A DNA stretch of 64,000 nt, taken from contig JBJCIZ010000028.1 in the NCBI GenBank assembly GCA_051294375.1, positions 1,425,576 through 1,489,575 of the forward strand, given 5' to 3'. Position 1 is the stretch's first letter. Each line of letters starts with the position of its first letter. This DNA is from Paraspadella gotoi (taxonomy: Eukaryota > Animalia > Chaetognatha). The translations under genes and the position numbers were made by a program. The notes under the pieces are model-generated. The model searched no databases, had not been told where the DNA came from, and saw nothing but the letters and a program-made list of their open reading frames with translations. Below, in pieces: positions 43,001-56,133 of this stretch.

Positions 43001-44305
43001 ATATCGGACCAGATTATTGCGAAACTAATTTATATCGAAGAAATAACTTCTTTCTCCCTCCCAACAACTGCCCCTCCCTCCACAGGCAACGGTAGCGACG
43101 TCTGGTGTACGACGACTGACGTTGCCCTCTCCAAATCGGGCAACTGCCTCATTTGCCCGCGCGTCGTCTGCGCCAAAAGCGCCAAGCCCTGGCCTCTCTC
43201 CGGTCTGTCGGAGGCGGCCGAGATTCAAGTCTACACCAAAACCGGAGGCCTCGTCTCTTGCTTCAAATATCAAGAGCTTCAGTTCGGGCTCTCGGTCGCC
43301 GTCAACTCCAAAGGCCACATCATCGTCCCCGATTACGAGACGCCCTTCATTTATAACTTCAACGCCGACGGGTGTTTGATCAGCAGGTGCGGAAGCTGGA
43401 GGAAAGGTGTGGGATATCAGTGAGCGTGGGATGGATAGGAATGGATAGATGGAAAGAGGAAATGTAAAAGAGGATAGAGGATAGAAGATTTACTTAAGAA
43501 GATACATAGAAGAGGATAGTCGACATGTAAAAAATATAAAAGAGGTCGCACCCATTTAACATTTCCCCTTTCCCCCAGATACGGCGGGCCGGGTAAAGAG
43601 CCGGGCCGGTTCGACTGCCCGACGTCCGTCTGTTCGGGCATCGACGACGACATCCTCGTGACGGACTCGACGAACCAACGCGTGCACGTCCTCGACAAGT
43701 TCGGGGAGTTGAGGACATGCTTCGGATCTAAAGGCGACCAACCCTCCCAGGTTTTTGGGCGGGGAGAAGGTTGTTAAGAGGATGTTTCGGACAAAAGAAG
43801 TCCCTCTATCAACTTGGTTATTTTATTAAGTTTTGATTAATTTTCACCAAGTTCCTCTTTTATATTTTTCAAATTTCTCTTTTTTTTTTCCCATTTCACC
43901 AAGTGAAAATATTACACGCCGATAATCGCATCGACGAAGCAACTTGTCAAAGTCCCTCATTAAATTTGTTCAAACAGTCGTTAATGTTAAGTCTTGCCGT
44001 TAATCAAAACGATATTTTTTTGTCGACAAAAACATTAAGATATTATTCCAAAATGCAAATGAGATTCTCGTCAACCACAGTTCCAATGGCCGGCGGGCGT
44101 GTGCCTCGACGCCTCTGGCGCCATCGTTGTCTCCGATTCCGTCAACAATCGAATCCAAATGTTTTCCTACGACGGAAATTTCCTGCGAACGATCGCCGAC
44201 GCCGACGCCGGACTCGATCATCCCTGCGGCGTCGCTGTCTCTCCCGACGGGCTGCTGTACGTCGCCGATCAGAAGAACCACTGCGTCAAAGTCTTTAGAT
44301 ATTGA
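40002..44305 (+). CDS. CARD (death-fold) domain + low-complexity linker + NHL-repeat beta-propeller protein
   Basis: Exons 40002-40410, 40626-40763, 41370-41606, 41698-42252, 43086-43386, 43579-43750, 44081-44305 join in frame. The N-terminal ~90 aa follows the CARD pattern (LRKNWPHLVKYL...LLDKLYQHAVLN...LKRKGQPTFERFLACL). NHL repeats include FRYPRSVMID..VYVVDRGNSRIQVF, FDCPTSV..VTDSTNQRVHV, FQWPAGVCLD..VSDSVNNRIQMF and LDHPCGVAV..VADQKNHCVKVF. Confidence 0.85.
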
Positions 44306-45741
44306 AGGGGAGGAGAAGAGTGCCTCGTTGGCGGCTGCAGGATTGCCTCGTCTTGCTTAAAAGGGAATGGGCCCAAGCCAAGGTGTGTGGCCTTGCTTCG
44401 CGGGATCATAACAAATCTGGTCACAATCTGGTTATTCTGCCATTGACTTTTCAATGTCATTCTCTTTTACTGTTAGCGTTATTCCAGAGATTTCCAGAAT
44501 TAGAAAATGAAATTTGTTACGTCCAAATAATGATAAATAATTTTATTAAGTTTTTTTTTGGAAAGTTTATTTCTGTTTACTCATTATCGATTATGAACAA
44601 AAACTGCGACGGACAATATATTTTTTTTTTGTCGGTGAAGGTCCTTTCTTGTACTTAAAGAAAATGTTGACAATACTCAAATAGTCGATCCTAGTCCTTT
44701 CTCCCATTTTTTCTCTTAAGTTACCCTTTTTAAAGCCATGACAATTTTACCTCTGATGTAGAAGTCTCATTCTCTTTATTGGGATTTATATTTAAAATTA
44801 AAATGTATTATTCTCTCGATTAAAACTTCGAAGTCGGGTCAAATATCTTTCTATTTAGATGCAAACAATTATTATTAAGCTTAGAATTTAAGATTGGCTA
44901 GTTTTTGGTGCACCTTAGAAAGCCTTTTTGATTTAGCCAAGCTAAAAATGTGTGACGAATGTTCATGAGTAATCAATTAGTGCCTGCAATTTAAAAAGTG
45001 CTTTAAAACATAACACCATTTTTTTGATGTTCTATTAACTATTTGCCGTTCAAATTTCGCACATTAACGTAAAAAAAGGATATAAATAACTACGTATTTA
45101 AAGTTTTAAGATTAAATAAATTTCTCAATTTAAATTAATGACTTATTTTCAAAGCAAGGAAAAACAGAATTCAAATTTGTACAAAATTACACTATATACT
45201 ATTGCATGCCAAATGCCAATTTATTTTTCCAATTCGGGGATTGGGAAGTTTTGACGCAGCCACAGGTTTTAACATCGTGGAATTCCGTCTATCGTTAATC
45301 CTTTAGAGATATATATTCTTTTGTAGATCGTTATTTCCCTCCAAAAATATATATATCCACATTATATTACTCACACTCAATCATGAGCACAAAATTGTTG
45401 AGTTTTTTATGAAACAAAATATTGTTTGTGTGATAAACATAATTTGAAAAGGAGAAAAATAATTCGTCTGAAAAAACTCGTTCTTGCTCATTTATTTTTG
45501 GCGATAAAAAGAAATTTTTTTTCTTTTGCTCATTTTAAAAACTGTTCATGTTGCGTTAGATGTTTGGTTTTCTGCCCTCTATTTTTGTAGAGATAAAATA
45601 AAAGGAAAACGAAAACAAAACGGAGAAAACATGAAGAAACGAAACTCGGAACTCGAAACGACGAAACTGTGAAGAAAAACAAAAACATAACATGCGTCAT
45701 CGTTTTCGTCGCGAAAATAAACAACAACAACAACAACAACA

Positions 45742-48700
45742 ATGATAAAGTTCAGCGCCCTCAACGAGACAGAGTCGAGCGACGAAGATGACGACCACCT
45801 GGACGGAGAAGTGGGCGTGGCCGGAGGCGTGGCCACGAAGGAGGCGCTGGAGGCGGAAGTGGTTCAACTTTACAAGGAGGCGATCGATCTGCAGCAGAAA
45901 TGTGAGGAGGCGGTGATGGGAATTTATGGGCGTCTAGTATTTAACTATTCTCAATTCATGTGCCATCTTCACGATGTTGCCTCTTTTCTAGACCTTGAAT
46001 GACCATATCTTGAATTCTTGACTATATTGTAATACTATATTGTAATTCTCTCAAATATTTTTGTATCAGAAATGTTCGTCAATCTCATTTGCATATTGTC
46101 GTTAATTTGGGATTAATTTGTCATAAATTCACTAATCATTGATAACGGACATGTTAATTCATGGTCTTTGTCTGTGTCTAAGTGTCTAAGCGATGTTTAG
46201 ATTTGGGGATATTTACCATTTATTAATAATAATTTCAATTATTTATATCGTCCCCGATCTTCAGCGGACTCCTCCGGCGCTGCTCGGCTCTACCAACGTC
46301 TCGTCGCATCCTCCGTCGTGACCGATCTTCGATCTCAGGCGGAACTCGATCCCGAAGTCAAGCACCCCCTCAAGTCGGTCGCCTACTCCGCCTTCAAGAA
46401 TCTCGCCAAACTCCTCGCGGACGCGGGCGACCCTCGCGGCGCCATGGAGCATTACTTGGAGGCGTCGGCGCTGGACGAGACTGATCCGAGTCTCTGGTTC
46501 CGCATGGGAGAATTGGCCTTTCGTCTCGAGGACTTTCGTCTCTCAAGATTCTGTTATTGCGAGACGATCCGTTTGAGTCCCGGTCATTGGCTCGCGCTCG
46601 AACGTTCCTTACCTCTTCTCTTTGCTCTCGACGATCTCTCCACTTGCCTGCTGCACTGCGGCATCGTGCTGCGGCGGAATCCGCGCCACTGCCGCGCAAG
46701 AATCTTCGTTTTTCAGGTTTGAGATCTCGAGTCTCTTAACCTATTTTGCATATTGTCGTGTTCATTAATTGTCGAGAAATTTTTATTCTGCACCCTTACT
46801 AATATTTTACCCTAAATTTACAGGCATTTTTATTCAAAAGTAAATCGTGCTAACCTTAAGTATTTATTATTTAAATAGCTAAATTGTTATAACTAAATTC
46901 TTCTTCAGGCCTTCGCCGAACGGCCGGCCCTAGAGGAGATCCACGCCGACCTCTTTGTCGGCTGCGACTCTGTGGCTCGATCCTGCGATGGCCTCACCAA
47001 AGAGCTCGTCGAGGAATGCCTGGCCGAGGCCGACGAGATCGCCAGGCGGCACCGGGCCGCGGCGCCGGAGCCGGAACCCGAACCGGAAACGACGTTCGCC
47101 GTAGCCACGCCCCTCACGCGGTTTTCGTGGAAGGCGTTGGGCGAGTCCATCAAGGGACTGCACGACTTTATCTGCGATCGGGGAAGCCCCTACTCGCTGA
47201 CCAAGCCCGTCGATCTGACAAACTACTTGGGGGAGGATGGGAAGTTGGACGAGGTCGTTGTAGAGGAGGAAGAAAAAGACGAACGCTCGATCGAGGACGT
47301 CGAAGATGACATGCGCTTAAGAGAAGAAGCGAAGAGAGACGCTAAAATTGGTCAACCGGGAATCGGCGAAAAACCCGAGATTGAAGAAAGCCCGGCGCCG
47401 CCAAGTCAAACGGACTGGGCACGACAAAGTCTAGATCTTCCGACGCCGCTGGCTCAAGACCGGCGGGCGTCTGAAAGTCAAGACGATCTAGACGAAATCG
47501 AGATGCGCGTCGACGCCGGAGTCAAAACGACGCCGAGCGAAAGTTCGGAGGAAGAAACGACGACGGCGCCGATGGCCGGCGTCGACTGGGCTGGAGAACA
47601 ACAGCAACTCCAGCACCATCAAAATGAACGTGAAGAAACCGACGAAGACGTCAAAGATTTATTAGACGATCTCGTTCAAAGAGTTGTTGTCGTTGTGGGC
47701 GATAAATCATCCAGTCAGAGTTCCTCGTCCTCTTCTTCTTCCTCCTCCTCTTCCTCCTCGTCGTCGGACGAAGATTCGGACGACGACGACGAACCGCCCG
47801 TCAAACGACGTCCCGGAACCGGTCGCGGATTCCCCGCCACTCGCGGCGCCGGTCGCTCCGGCGGCGTCGGCGGACGTGGCAAACGAGCGCTGCTCTTCGC
47901 CGAGTTGCGCCCGAAACCGGCGCGCCCCTCCATCGGAGAGAAGCGCCGCAAGGGAAGGCCGGCCGCCGCTATCGCCGCCGTCGCCTCCACCAAAGACAAA
48001 CCATCTCCTTCCTCGGAGAAAGACTCATCCCCGACCGACGCGAAAACATCCTTGTCGGCTAAAAAAGACGACACTCCGGACGACAGTTCTTCCGCCAAAG
48101 AGGAAGGCCCCGACGCGGCTTCGTCCGAAACCTGTTTGACGTCGGGCGATCGAACGAAAGCGTCTCTCTCTCGGAGAGAACAGTTGAAGAAACTGCGGTC
48201 GGAAATCGCCGCCGCCATCGGCGATGAAAACGACCTCACGCGACGATCCACGCGCGTCAATCGCAACAGCGCCTCCGCAGCCGTCGCCGGCGCCTCCGCG
48301 CAGATCAAGCTGCCGCAGAAGGTTCACTACCGGCAGCTGCTCCGCAGCCTGCTGCCCACGGAGCTGCAGCTGAGGGAGGACGAGATGGACGAGGGATACG
48401 AAGAGGGAGAGGAGGAAGTCTGCAGTAGGGCGTCGACGCCGCCGCCGATGGAGGAGGAAGAGGAGGAAAAAGAAGAGGAAGATCGTGTCGATGACAAGTT
48501 GGAGGAGGAAGAGAAAAATGTGAAGGAATTCCTTGCAGAGAGTCAATTACTCAAACGAAACATCGTCTCTTTGATGAAGGCCTACCTCTTCCATTTAGCC
48601 AAACAATTCGTCGTCAAATCCTCCGAAGGCACCTTCGCTTCCTATCTCCCAGTCTACAAAAGATTCCGACGCAATTACTACTTCCTCGATCCACTAGGGA

Positions 48701-51700
48701 TAGAAGATCGAGGCACACCAGAGGAGACCTTCGACTCTGGCGTCGTCGCCCTCGTCGCCTGCGAGCAGCAGCTGGATCAGTGGCTCACGCTGCAGCGCCG
48801 CCATCAGCTGCTCAAGTCCCCAGCGAAGGCAGCGAGGAAGACGATCGATCCCGAACGCGCCGTCGCTCGTCCGGTCGCCTCGGACAATCGACGACTCTTG
48901 GAAAAGCTCGTGGAGGATGCCGAGTCTTGGTTCGAGAGAGACTTGGGCTGGTGTCGTCTCATTTTTCAGGCGAGGAACGGACCCGAAGGCGTCGAGTGGG
49001 GATCTTTCCTCGCTAGGGCGCATTGGACAAAGGCGCAGTTCTTCAGTCTGATGGGGAGGATCGAACAGGCGCTCGAGTTGTACGACGACGTTCGTGAGGA
49101 TCTGCGGGAGGATGAGGCGGCGTCGGCAGCGACTGCGGCGGTGACAGCGACTGCAGCGTCGGCGGCGACGTCAGCGACTGCGGCGTCGGCCGCAGCGTCG
49201 GCGGCGACGGCAGCGACTGCGGCGTCGGCCGCAGCGCCGACGTCGTCTTTTATCAGCGTCTCTTTGCCGAATCTTTCCGCGTTCTCGATTCTCAGCGTCA
49301 AATTGGTGGATGCGAGCAAAAAATATTTGGAAGAAAAGCGATCTCTCGAACAGGTAACATCTCATGACATGACATGGATGGGTAAACTGTCAGTCTCTCG
49401 CCGGGTAGTAAAGTATGAAATATGGATGATTAACTAGGATAAATTGAAACAAGTTGAATTTCGAATGAGAGTTGGTGGATTGGTTATTATATTTGCTACT
49501 TGTTTTATTAATCATGTCACCCATTAACATTGTTATTGTAACGTGAGGAAAAGAATGAAGCGGTTTTTGTTTTGTTTTTGCATTAACCGAATTTTAAACG
49601 TTGACTTTCCTGCAAAAACTATGGCCATTAATTTTATGCTCTCTTTATATACTTCAAAGCCTTTAAAATGTTTAATAAATACTGCAATATGCAAATTAGA
49701 TAAAAGAGATATTTTCCTAATCAGGTCCAACGCTTCGCCAGCCTTCAGGATCACTCTCAAGTCTTCAGACTCTTGAGGATCACCTTCCGTGACCCTGGAC
49801 GCCTCCAGCGGATTATCGACGAGACTGACGAAGCCGAGGCGGAGGTCAAGCGGAGAAAGAACCTACCCAGTCGCCTCACCCAACTGAGTCTATTGCGCGA
49901 CGCCCTGGTCAGTCTAGATGACCCGGCCAAGTGTCTCAAGTGGGGAGCCCTCTCGCTGCATGAGATATGGCTCTACGTCAAGAGGCGGTGGGACACTTGC
50001 AGGTAACAGGGAATCATTTAACAAATTACGTTCTTACTGGTAATCTAATTTTATATTGCAGTCACGATTGTCGCTCGTTGTGAGTTTGCGCCGATGATAT
50101 CTCGCGAAGCTCGATTTGTTTTTTTAAATCGAAAATTGGGACGAGCCATTTGACTTTTATTCAATTGTTTAAATTGATTCGTTTTTGCGTTCAAATTACT
50201 GTTGAAGTTTTAAAATAATAAATAATTCCATTAGATTTTCCGTCATGTATTCTCATTAAAAAAAAAACCAATTATTCCAACAGCCCTGTTCAATCGTTTC
50301 ATTATCGGACACTTTACTCGTTGATCTAATTTATTTCAATATATTCTCCTTCTCCCCCCCCCAATTCCACTCAGAAACAACCCCTGGACCCGCCTCCTCC
50401 TCTCCTGGCTCTCAGTCATCCATTCCATCCTCGACGACTCGGACTCCGCCTCAGCCGCCGCCGCCGCAGTCACGGTCTCATCCGCCGCCGGCGCCGCGTT
50501 GTCCTCCCTGAGTCGCTTCCAACTGAAGCGAATCTCCGAGGATTTGATCTGCGTGATTCATTCGAGTCTCGACGTCGGCGACGCGGCGTCGACACCCGCA
50601 CTGCCGACTCTCACTCCCTGGTTCCTCTTGTATCGAATCTTGAACTTCGCCGAGAGGAAGAGGAGAGAGGAGGAAGAGGAGGTCGTCGTGGAGAGAGTCT
50701 TGGAGGAGATCGTCGAGAGGGTCTCCAAGAAGGTCGATGGGGAGGAGGAGGAGGAAGAGGAGGAGCGAAAGGAAAGGGAGAAATCTTCGGCCTCTTTGTC
50801 TAATTCGGTCTCTCTTCTCATTCTCGCCCACGAACAACTCGGAAAACGGAACTGGTTGGTATTTGATTCTTGGTATTCTAGGTAGTGAAGAGACAGTAAT
50901 TATTGTTATATGTTAATGACAGAACCGTTCAATATAAGCAGTCCCTGAGCTTCGGATCAGGCTGTAACACCATGTTACAGGCGGGTTAAGCGCCCCGTCC
51001 CTCTTAACTGCCAGACGACCACCGGGCTAGAACCCCGGACCTTTGGGTTGGGAGGCGAATGACTTGCCTCCGACACCAATGACCGCTGATGAACGGTTGG
51101 TGGATTTTAGTCCACCATAGTAGACGCGTTGGCCAGTCCGTTTCAACCTTTGTTGACATTTGTTCTGACCTAAAAGACGAAGACGATAGACACCAAGGCA
51201 ATAATAGTTTCGAATATTAATTGGTGGGATAAAGAAACCAATTAGAAATTATTATACTTATCAATTTAATTAAAGAATTAACATATTTTTTTCAGTGTTC
51301 ACAGTTCCTTTTTTCCCCACCAGGTGCTCCTTCGACGGCGGCGCCTTCCTCCTCTTCTGCGTCCGCGAATTCGCCAAAGAGTTGGAGCGACTCCAAGCGG
51401 AGGATTCCTCGTCTGGAGACGAATCGGGATTCGAACCCGGGACTGAGCGGTCACGACGCGAGTTGGAAGAGGCGATGGAGCAATGCTTCTTCTGCCTCTA
51501 CAATCATCCGCCAAAGAAACCCAAAGGGCGATCGTCTCTTCTCGATCATTCGTCCTCCAACATTCAACTCACTTGGAGTCGATGCTTTCATCTCTACGAT
51601 TACTTCAAGCCCAAAGATCTGCCAGAATTCGACGGATACAAGACGGACACCATCTCCGCCGATCTGGAATGCCTCTTCAAGAGGATGCTCGCCGTCGCGC

Positions 51701-54700
51701 CGCCCGAACTCACGAACGACGCCATCGCCGCGCCGCTGGAAGAGTTTATTAACGGCGGCGAAGCGGCGCCGCCGCAGCGCGGGATCAAAGGCGCCGACGC
51801 TGGAATCCTCAAGGACATCTTCTACCTATTGGCCGATTATTATTTCAAGTCTCGGGAGTTGGAGAAGGCGATGGTGGGTTTTCAAATGATAAGAATGATA
51901 AGAAATGGATAAAGATAACTTAATTAATTAATCAATAAGATTTGTGACGTTACATTGACAAGGTTTACTACGCGAAGGACTTGAGCGTGAACGGGAGCAG
52001 ATTGGATTCTTGGGCGGGCATCGCTCTCGCCGCCTCGAACAAACTCGAGGCGAGACTCAACACTTGCGACGAGGAGGAGGAGGAAGGTTTCGACGTCGTG
52101 CACAACCAGGTCGAGGCTTTGGCCTCATTCCAAACCAGGTCGAGGCTTTGGCCTCGTTCCAAACATCATTAGGAGGATTTCCTCCTTTATTTTCTTTCGA
52201 TTCTTTTTAATTAGTATATAAATTAGAATTCCTTTTCCTTTACGTCGCAAACCTCTATCCCGATGGACCCCTATAACTGAAATTACGAGCATCAAATTAC
52301 GATCATCAGCAAAATTTAATAACTAAGATTTTATTTTTTTCTCTCTCTCTCCCCACAGGCTCGCGCCGTCTTAAAATGCTTCGAAGAGGCTGTTAAGATC
52401 GAGACAACCAACAACACTCTCTGGATCGAATACGGACTCGTCGCTTATCAACTTCATTCCTACGCGTCGAGAGAGTTGAGAAAGGAATCCGCCGCTGCCT
52501 CCGCCGCCGCGGCGCCGCGAACGACGCTGGACAAGTGCGCGCGGGAGATGCTAGAAGTCGCGAGCCACGCCTACATTTCCGCTTCGTCTAAGAAGACGAA
52601 GAAAGAGGAAGATGAGGATAAAGAAGAGGAAGAGGAAGTGTTGGAAGAAGAGTGGCTTCAGCACTACATGCTCGGAAAGATCGCGGAGAAACGACGAGGA
52701 ACGCCGCAGTCGTACTTGTCCCACTACAAACAGGTGTCAAGGAGCGGATGATAGAAAATGATATGAAATAAATGGCAATATTAAAAGTATCCATTCATCT
52801 AATTGTATATAAGCTATCTTGCCCCTGACTTTGGACAGGCTTTGGTGGTTTAAGGCCTTCAAGATGATGACATAGCAGGTCCCTGCAAGCTTTCAATTAA
52901 GACTCTCATTCACTCCCAGAGTCGATAGTGATGGATAACAGTGATGATGATGGATAACAGTGATGATGATGGATAACAGTGATAATAATTGGTGCTGATG
53001 ATAATGATGATAAATGATAATGAAAATAGATTGGTGGTGTTGATGATGGATTTTGACGGATGATCAAGATGTTTAAGATTTTTGATGGATTATTTCTTCC
53101 TGACTAAGGCCGCGATTCACCTCCATCACGAAAACGCCAAATATCCCAAGAGAATCGGGTTCGCTCCTTCCACTTACGCCTTAGAGGCGCTGGAAGTCTT
53201 CTACCGTCTCCACGCCTCCGTGCTCAAGCTCCTCCTGCGGAGCTGTCCGTCCAAGGCGCGGGACATGGCCGACCTGGAACGCTTCGTCGACGAATCCTTC
53301 AAGAGTCCCTTCTACGCGGGGATCGAGCGAAAGCAGGAGATCAAGATGCGGAAGGCGGCGGAGAGGGAGATGGCGATGCAGCAAATGGCTAAAGGGGAGA
53401 TCGGGGAGCCTGGCAACGATAAACAACAACAACAACAACAACCGACGAACTCTAATCCCGAAAACAATAAAGCAGAAAATGGAAAACGCCCGCTAGAGGC
53501 GCCGACGATCGACGAAGAAGAGACTAAGAAACAAAAGGTCATAACTCTACCTATTACATCCGGGGAGGAAGTCGTCATCCTCGAATCCACGGACGATCTT
53601 CCTTTGAAAGATCGAGAAGATCGACGGCATCGCTTGATCGAGAAATGCCGCGCGGCTCTGCATTTGTGCCTCTCTCGATACCCTACTCACTACAAATCCC
53701 TTTATCGATTGGCTAATCTCTATTATTACTACAAACCCATGAAGGATTACTCGAAATGCCGTGACATACTCCTCGGCCTCCCGGGCATGACCCACTGGGC
53801 ACAAAAGGCCCACCTGGCCGCCCCGGGCCTTTTTCAAGAGCGGAGTCGGATCAACTTTTTCAACGGAGTCTGGAAAATGAAGGTGGACGAGATCGAGCGA
53901 CCTGGCGGATTCGCCAATCACATGTACCGCTCTGTAGCGCTCTTGATCAAAGTCCTCGTTAAGCAAGCCGACTGCTCTATGCTGCTGTACGTGGCTCAGC
54001 AGCTGCATCGTCCTCCAGAGAAGGACAAGAAGTACTTAAGGGACGCGGACCGGAAGGTGCTGACCAAATGGGCCGTCAATTCGATCTTCGACATAGCCAA
54101 GGACAAACTGGACACTGTGGTCAAAGTGGGTCGACCCAACGACAAGATCAAGTTCTTGCTCGACGTCTACAAGTCTTGGCAAGCATCTCAAAAATTGGAG
54201 GTTGATCAACTCAAGGCCAACATGTGCTTGCTCAAGACTTTCAATCAATGCGTCCCCGATCACGTCAACTCTTCCTTGGAAAAGTGCAAGGATCCGCTGG
54301 AGAAGATCTCCCGCTTCTGCCAGCAGGAGCAACTGCTGCTGCAGCAGCCGGCCGCCAGAGCCGCATCGGAAGCGGTGGCGGCGGCGGCGCCGTCTCAGCC
54401 CAACGTCACCCTGCAGACGCTGAAGCAAAAGCTGCAGGAACAGACGCAATTGGGCCGATCGGTGGCCGGGGTGCAGAACGCCCTGGCCGCCGCAGCGTCT
54501 TATTACACGGCGGCCGGGTATCAACATTGGATGCAGCAGATGGCGCGACCGCAGCTGCAGGGCGCCTCCGGGATAAGCAGCGCAGCCGCCGCCGCCGCCG
54601 CGGCGATGAATCGTAGCGCCTCTCAGACGCTGGATCCTTTCACGTCGGCCTACGCGGCGTTTTTGGGCGCCAAAGGACAAAATCCTGCGTCGATGAAGAC

Positions 54701-55769
54701 GAAAGAGAAAAACTTTTCTCAGTCGAACTTTAAATCGTCGTCATCATTGTCGTCGTCGTCGGCCGGCGTTGCTTCCGTCGGCGCCTCGAGGTTATCGTTG
54801 CCTCACAACAACGCATCGCGACCGACGCTTCCCGCTTCTCGACCGACAATGCCTTCAGTGCGTCCGACTCCTTCTTCGACCGACGGGCGGCAGGGCGTCT
54901 CCCACTCGAAAAACATGAAACAGTCGACACTGAATTTCGGAAATCGGCAGACGACGCTCGACGCGCAGCGGATTTCCGGCGCCGCCGCCGCCGCCTCCAC
55001 TGGAAATGCCAAGAGGAAAGATTCGGCCCATCATTCGGCCAATAAACCGACGGAGGGAATTCCCGTCGGCTCGGTCGTCGGCCTCGACTTGACGAAAAAG
55101 CAGACGTCGTCGTCGTCGAAACCGACAAACTACTCGGCCTTTCATCTCTCCGTGTCGGGCAAAGGACCGCCAAAGGATCTGAGCTGCGACTTCCAACACT
55201 TGGAGACTCAGAGGCTGAACAAACAGAAGCGGGTCAACCTCGGCGGCGGCGGAGGGGCGATGTCGAAGGGGGGGTATGGCCAAGCTGGGGCATCGAATGG
55301 CCAAGCTGGGACATCCTATGGCCAAGCTGGGGCATCGAATGGCCAAGCTGGGACATCCTATGGCCAAGCTGGGGCATCGCCGGCCAATCAGAAGATGATG
55401 CAGGGAAGTTCGGGTTCAATGCCAACCAATTATAAGATGCAAACGAGTTTGGCGCAGACACCGACCAATTATAAGACGATGCAAGCAAGTTCGGGGCCAA
55501 TGCCGACCAATCACAAGATGCAAGCAAATTCGGGGCTGACCCCGACCAATAACAAGACATCCATTCCATCGAATTCTCAAAATTATTTGACGTCGAAAAC
55601 GTTCGCCCCCAATCACTCCCACGTCAACGCCAATCAAAATTCCAATCAAAATGCCAATCAAAATGCCAATCAAAACGTGGGTCGTCCGTCTCTTCAAAGT
55701 TCAAGACCCAGAAGCCCGGAATGCATTCTTTTATCCTCCAGTGACACTGACAGTCCGAAGAGAAACTGA
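45742..55769 (+). CDS. CABIN1: Calcineurin-binding protein CABIN1 (HIRA/HUCA histone H3.3 chaperone subunit)
   Basis: Exons 45742-45901, 46265-46716, 46909-49353, 49725-50002, 50375-50854, 51324-51873, 51963-52109, 52359-52733, 53109-55769. Characteristic MIKFSALN start, TKEALEAE, N-terminal TPRs, EQCFFCLY, YYLLADYYFK-like motif, EEWLQHYMLGKIAEK, ALEVFYRLHAS, RYPTHYKSLYRLA and IERPGGFANHM. Confidence 0.9.
50886..51086 (-). mobile_element. tRNA-derived SINE in a CABIN1 intron
   Basis: Minus-strand head GCGGTCATTGGTGTCGGAGG...GGGGTTCTAGCCCGGTGGTCG has A-box-like and B-box-like motifs at tRNA spacing. A second copy lies at 30415-30571. Confidence 0.65.
52810..52922. repeat. Dispersed ~260 bp element, partial copy
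   Basis: Reverse-complement match to part of 13113-13375 with internal deletions. Confidence 0.75.
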
Positions 55770-56133
55770 GTCAAAAAAAAAAATATATTAAAAATAAACA
55801 AAAGTTTTATCGATTTTATTCGTTTTACTACATATTTTATACTAATGGTCTCGATATCTTTTTTATATGGCGCGAATATTTTTTTTTTTTTTTTTTTTTT
55901 TTTGACGATAAAATTTATTAGTAGGTTTAACAAATATTTAAAATCCTTTTTATTGTGGAGAAAAGTTGAATCGCGCGTTTCGCCCATTTTTAATGCTTAT
56001 TTTTTTTTTTTTGTTAGTATTTTTCCCTGATATTAATTTGGGACGAATTAATTTTTTTATCTTCGTTTGGTTTTTTTTAAAAGATTTTTCGAGATCCGCG
56101 CGATCTCATATTATTCGCTTCTTAAGACTCACG

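Noticed and set aside
51015-51086. tRNA gene on the minus strand
   Set aside because: Stems pair poorly and the sequence continues into a body shared with 30415-30571, so it is a SINE head.
47715-55569. Long minus-strand ORFs (e.g. 47715-48308, 54036-54680, 54855-55367)
   Set aside because: Antisense shadows of GC-rich CABIN1 exons with no independent motifs.
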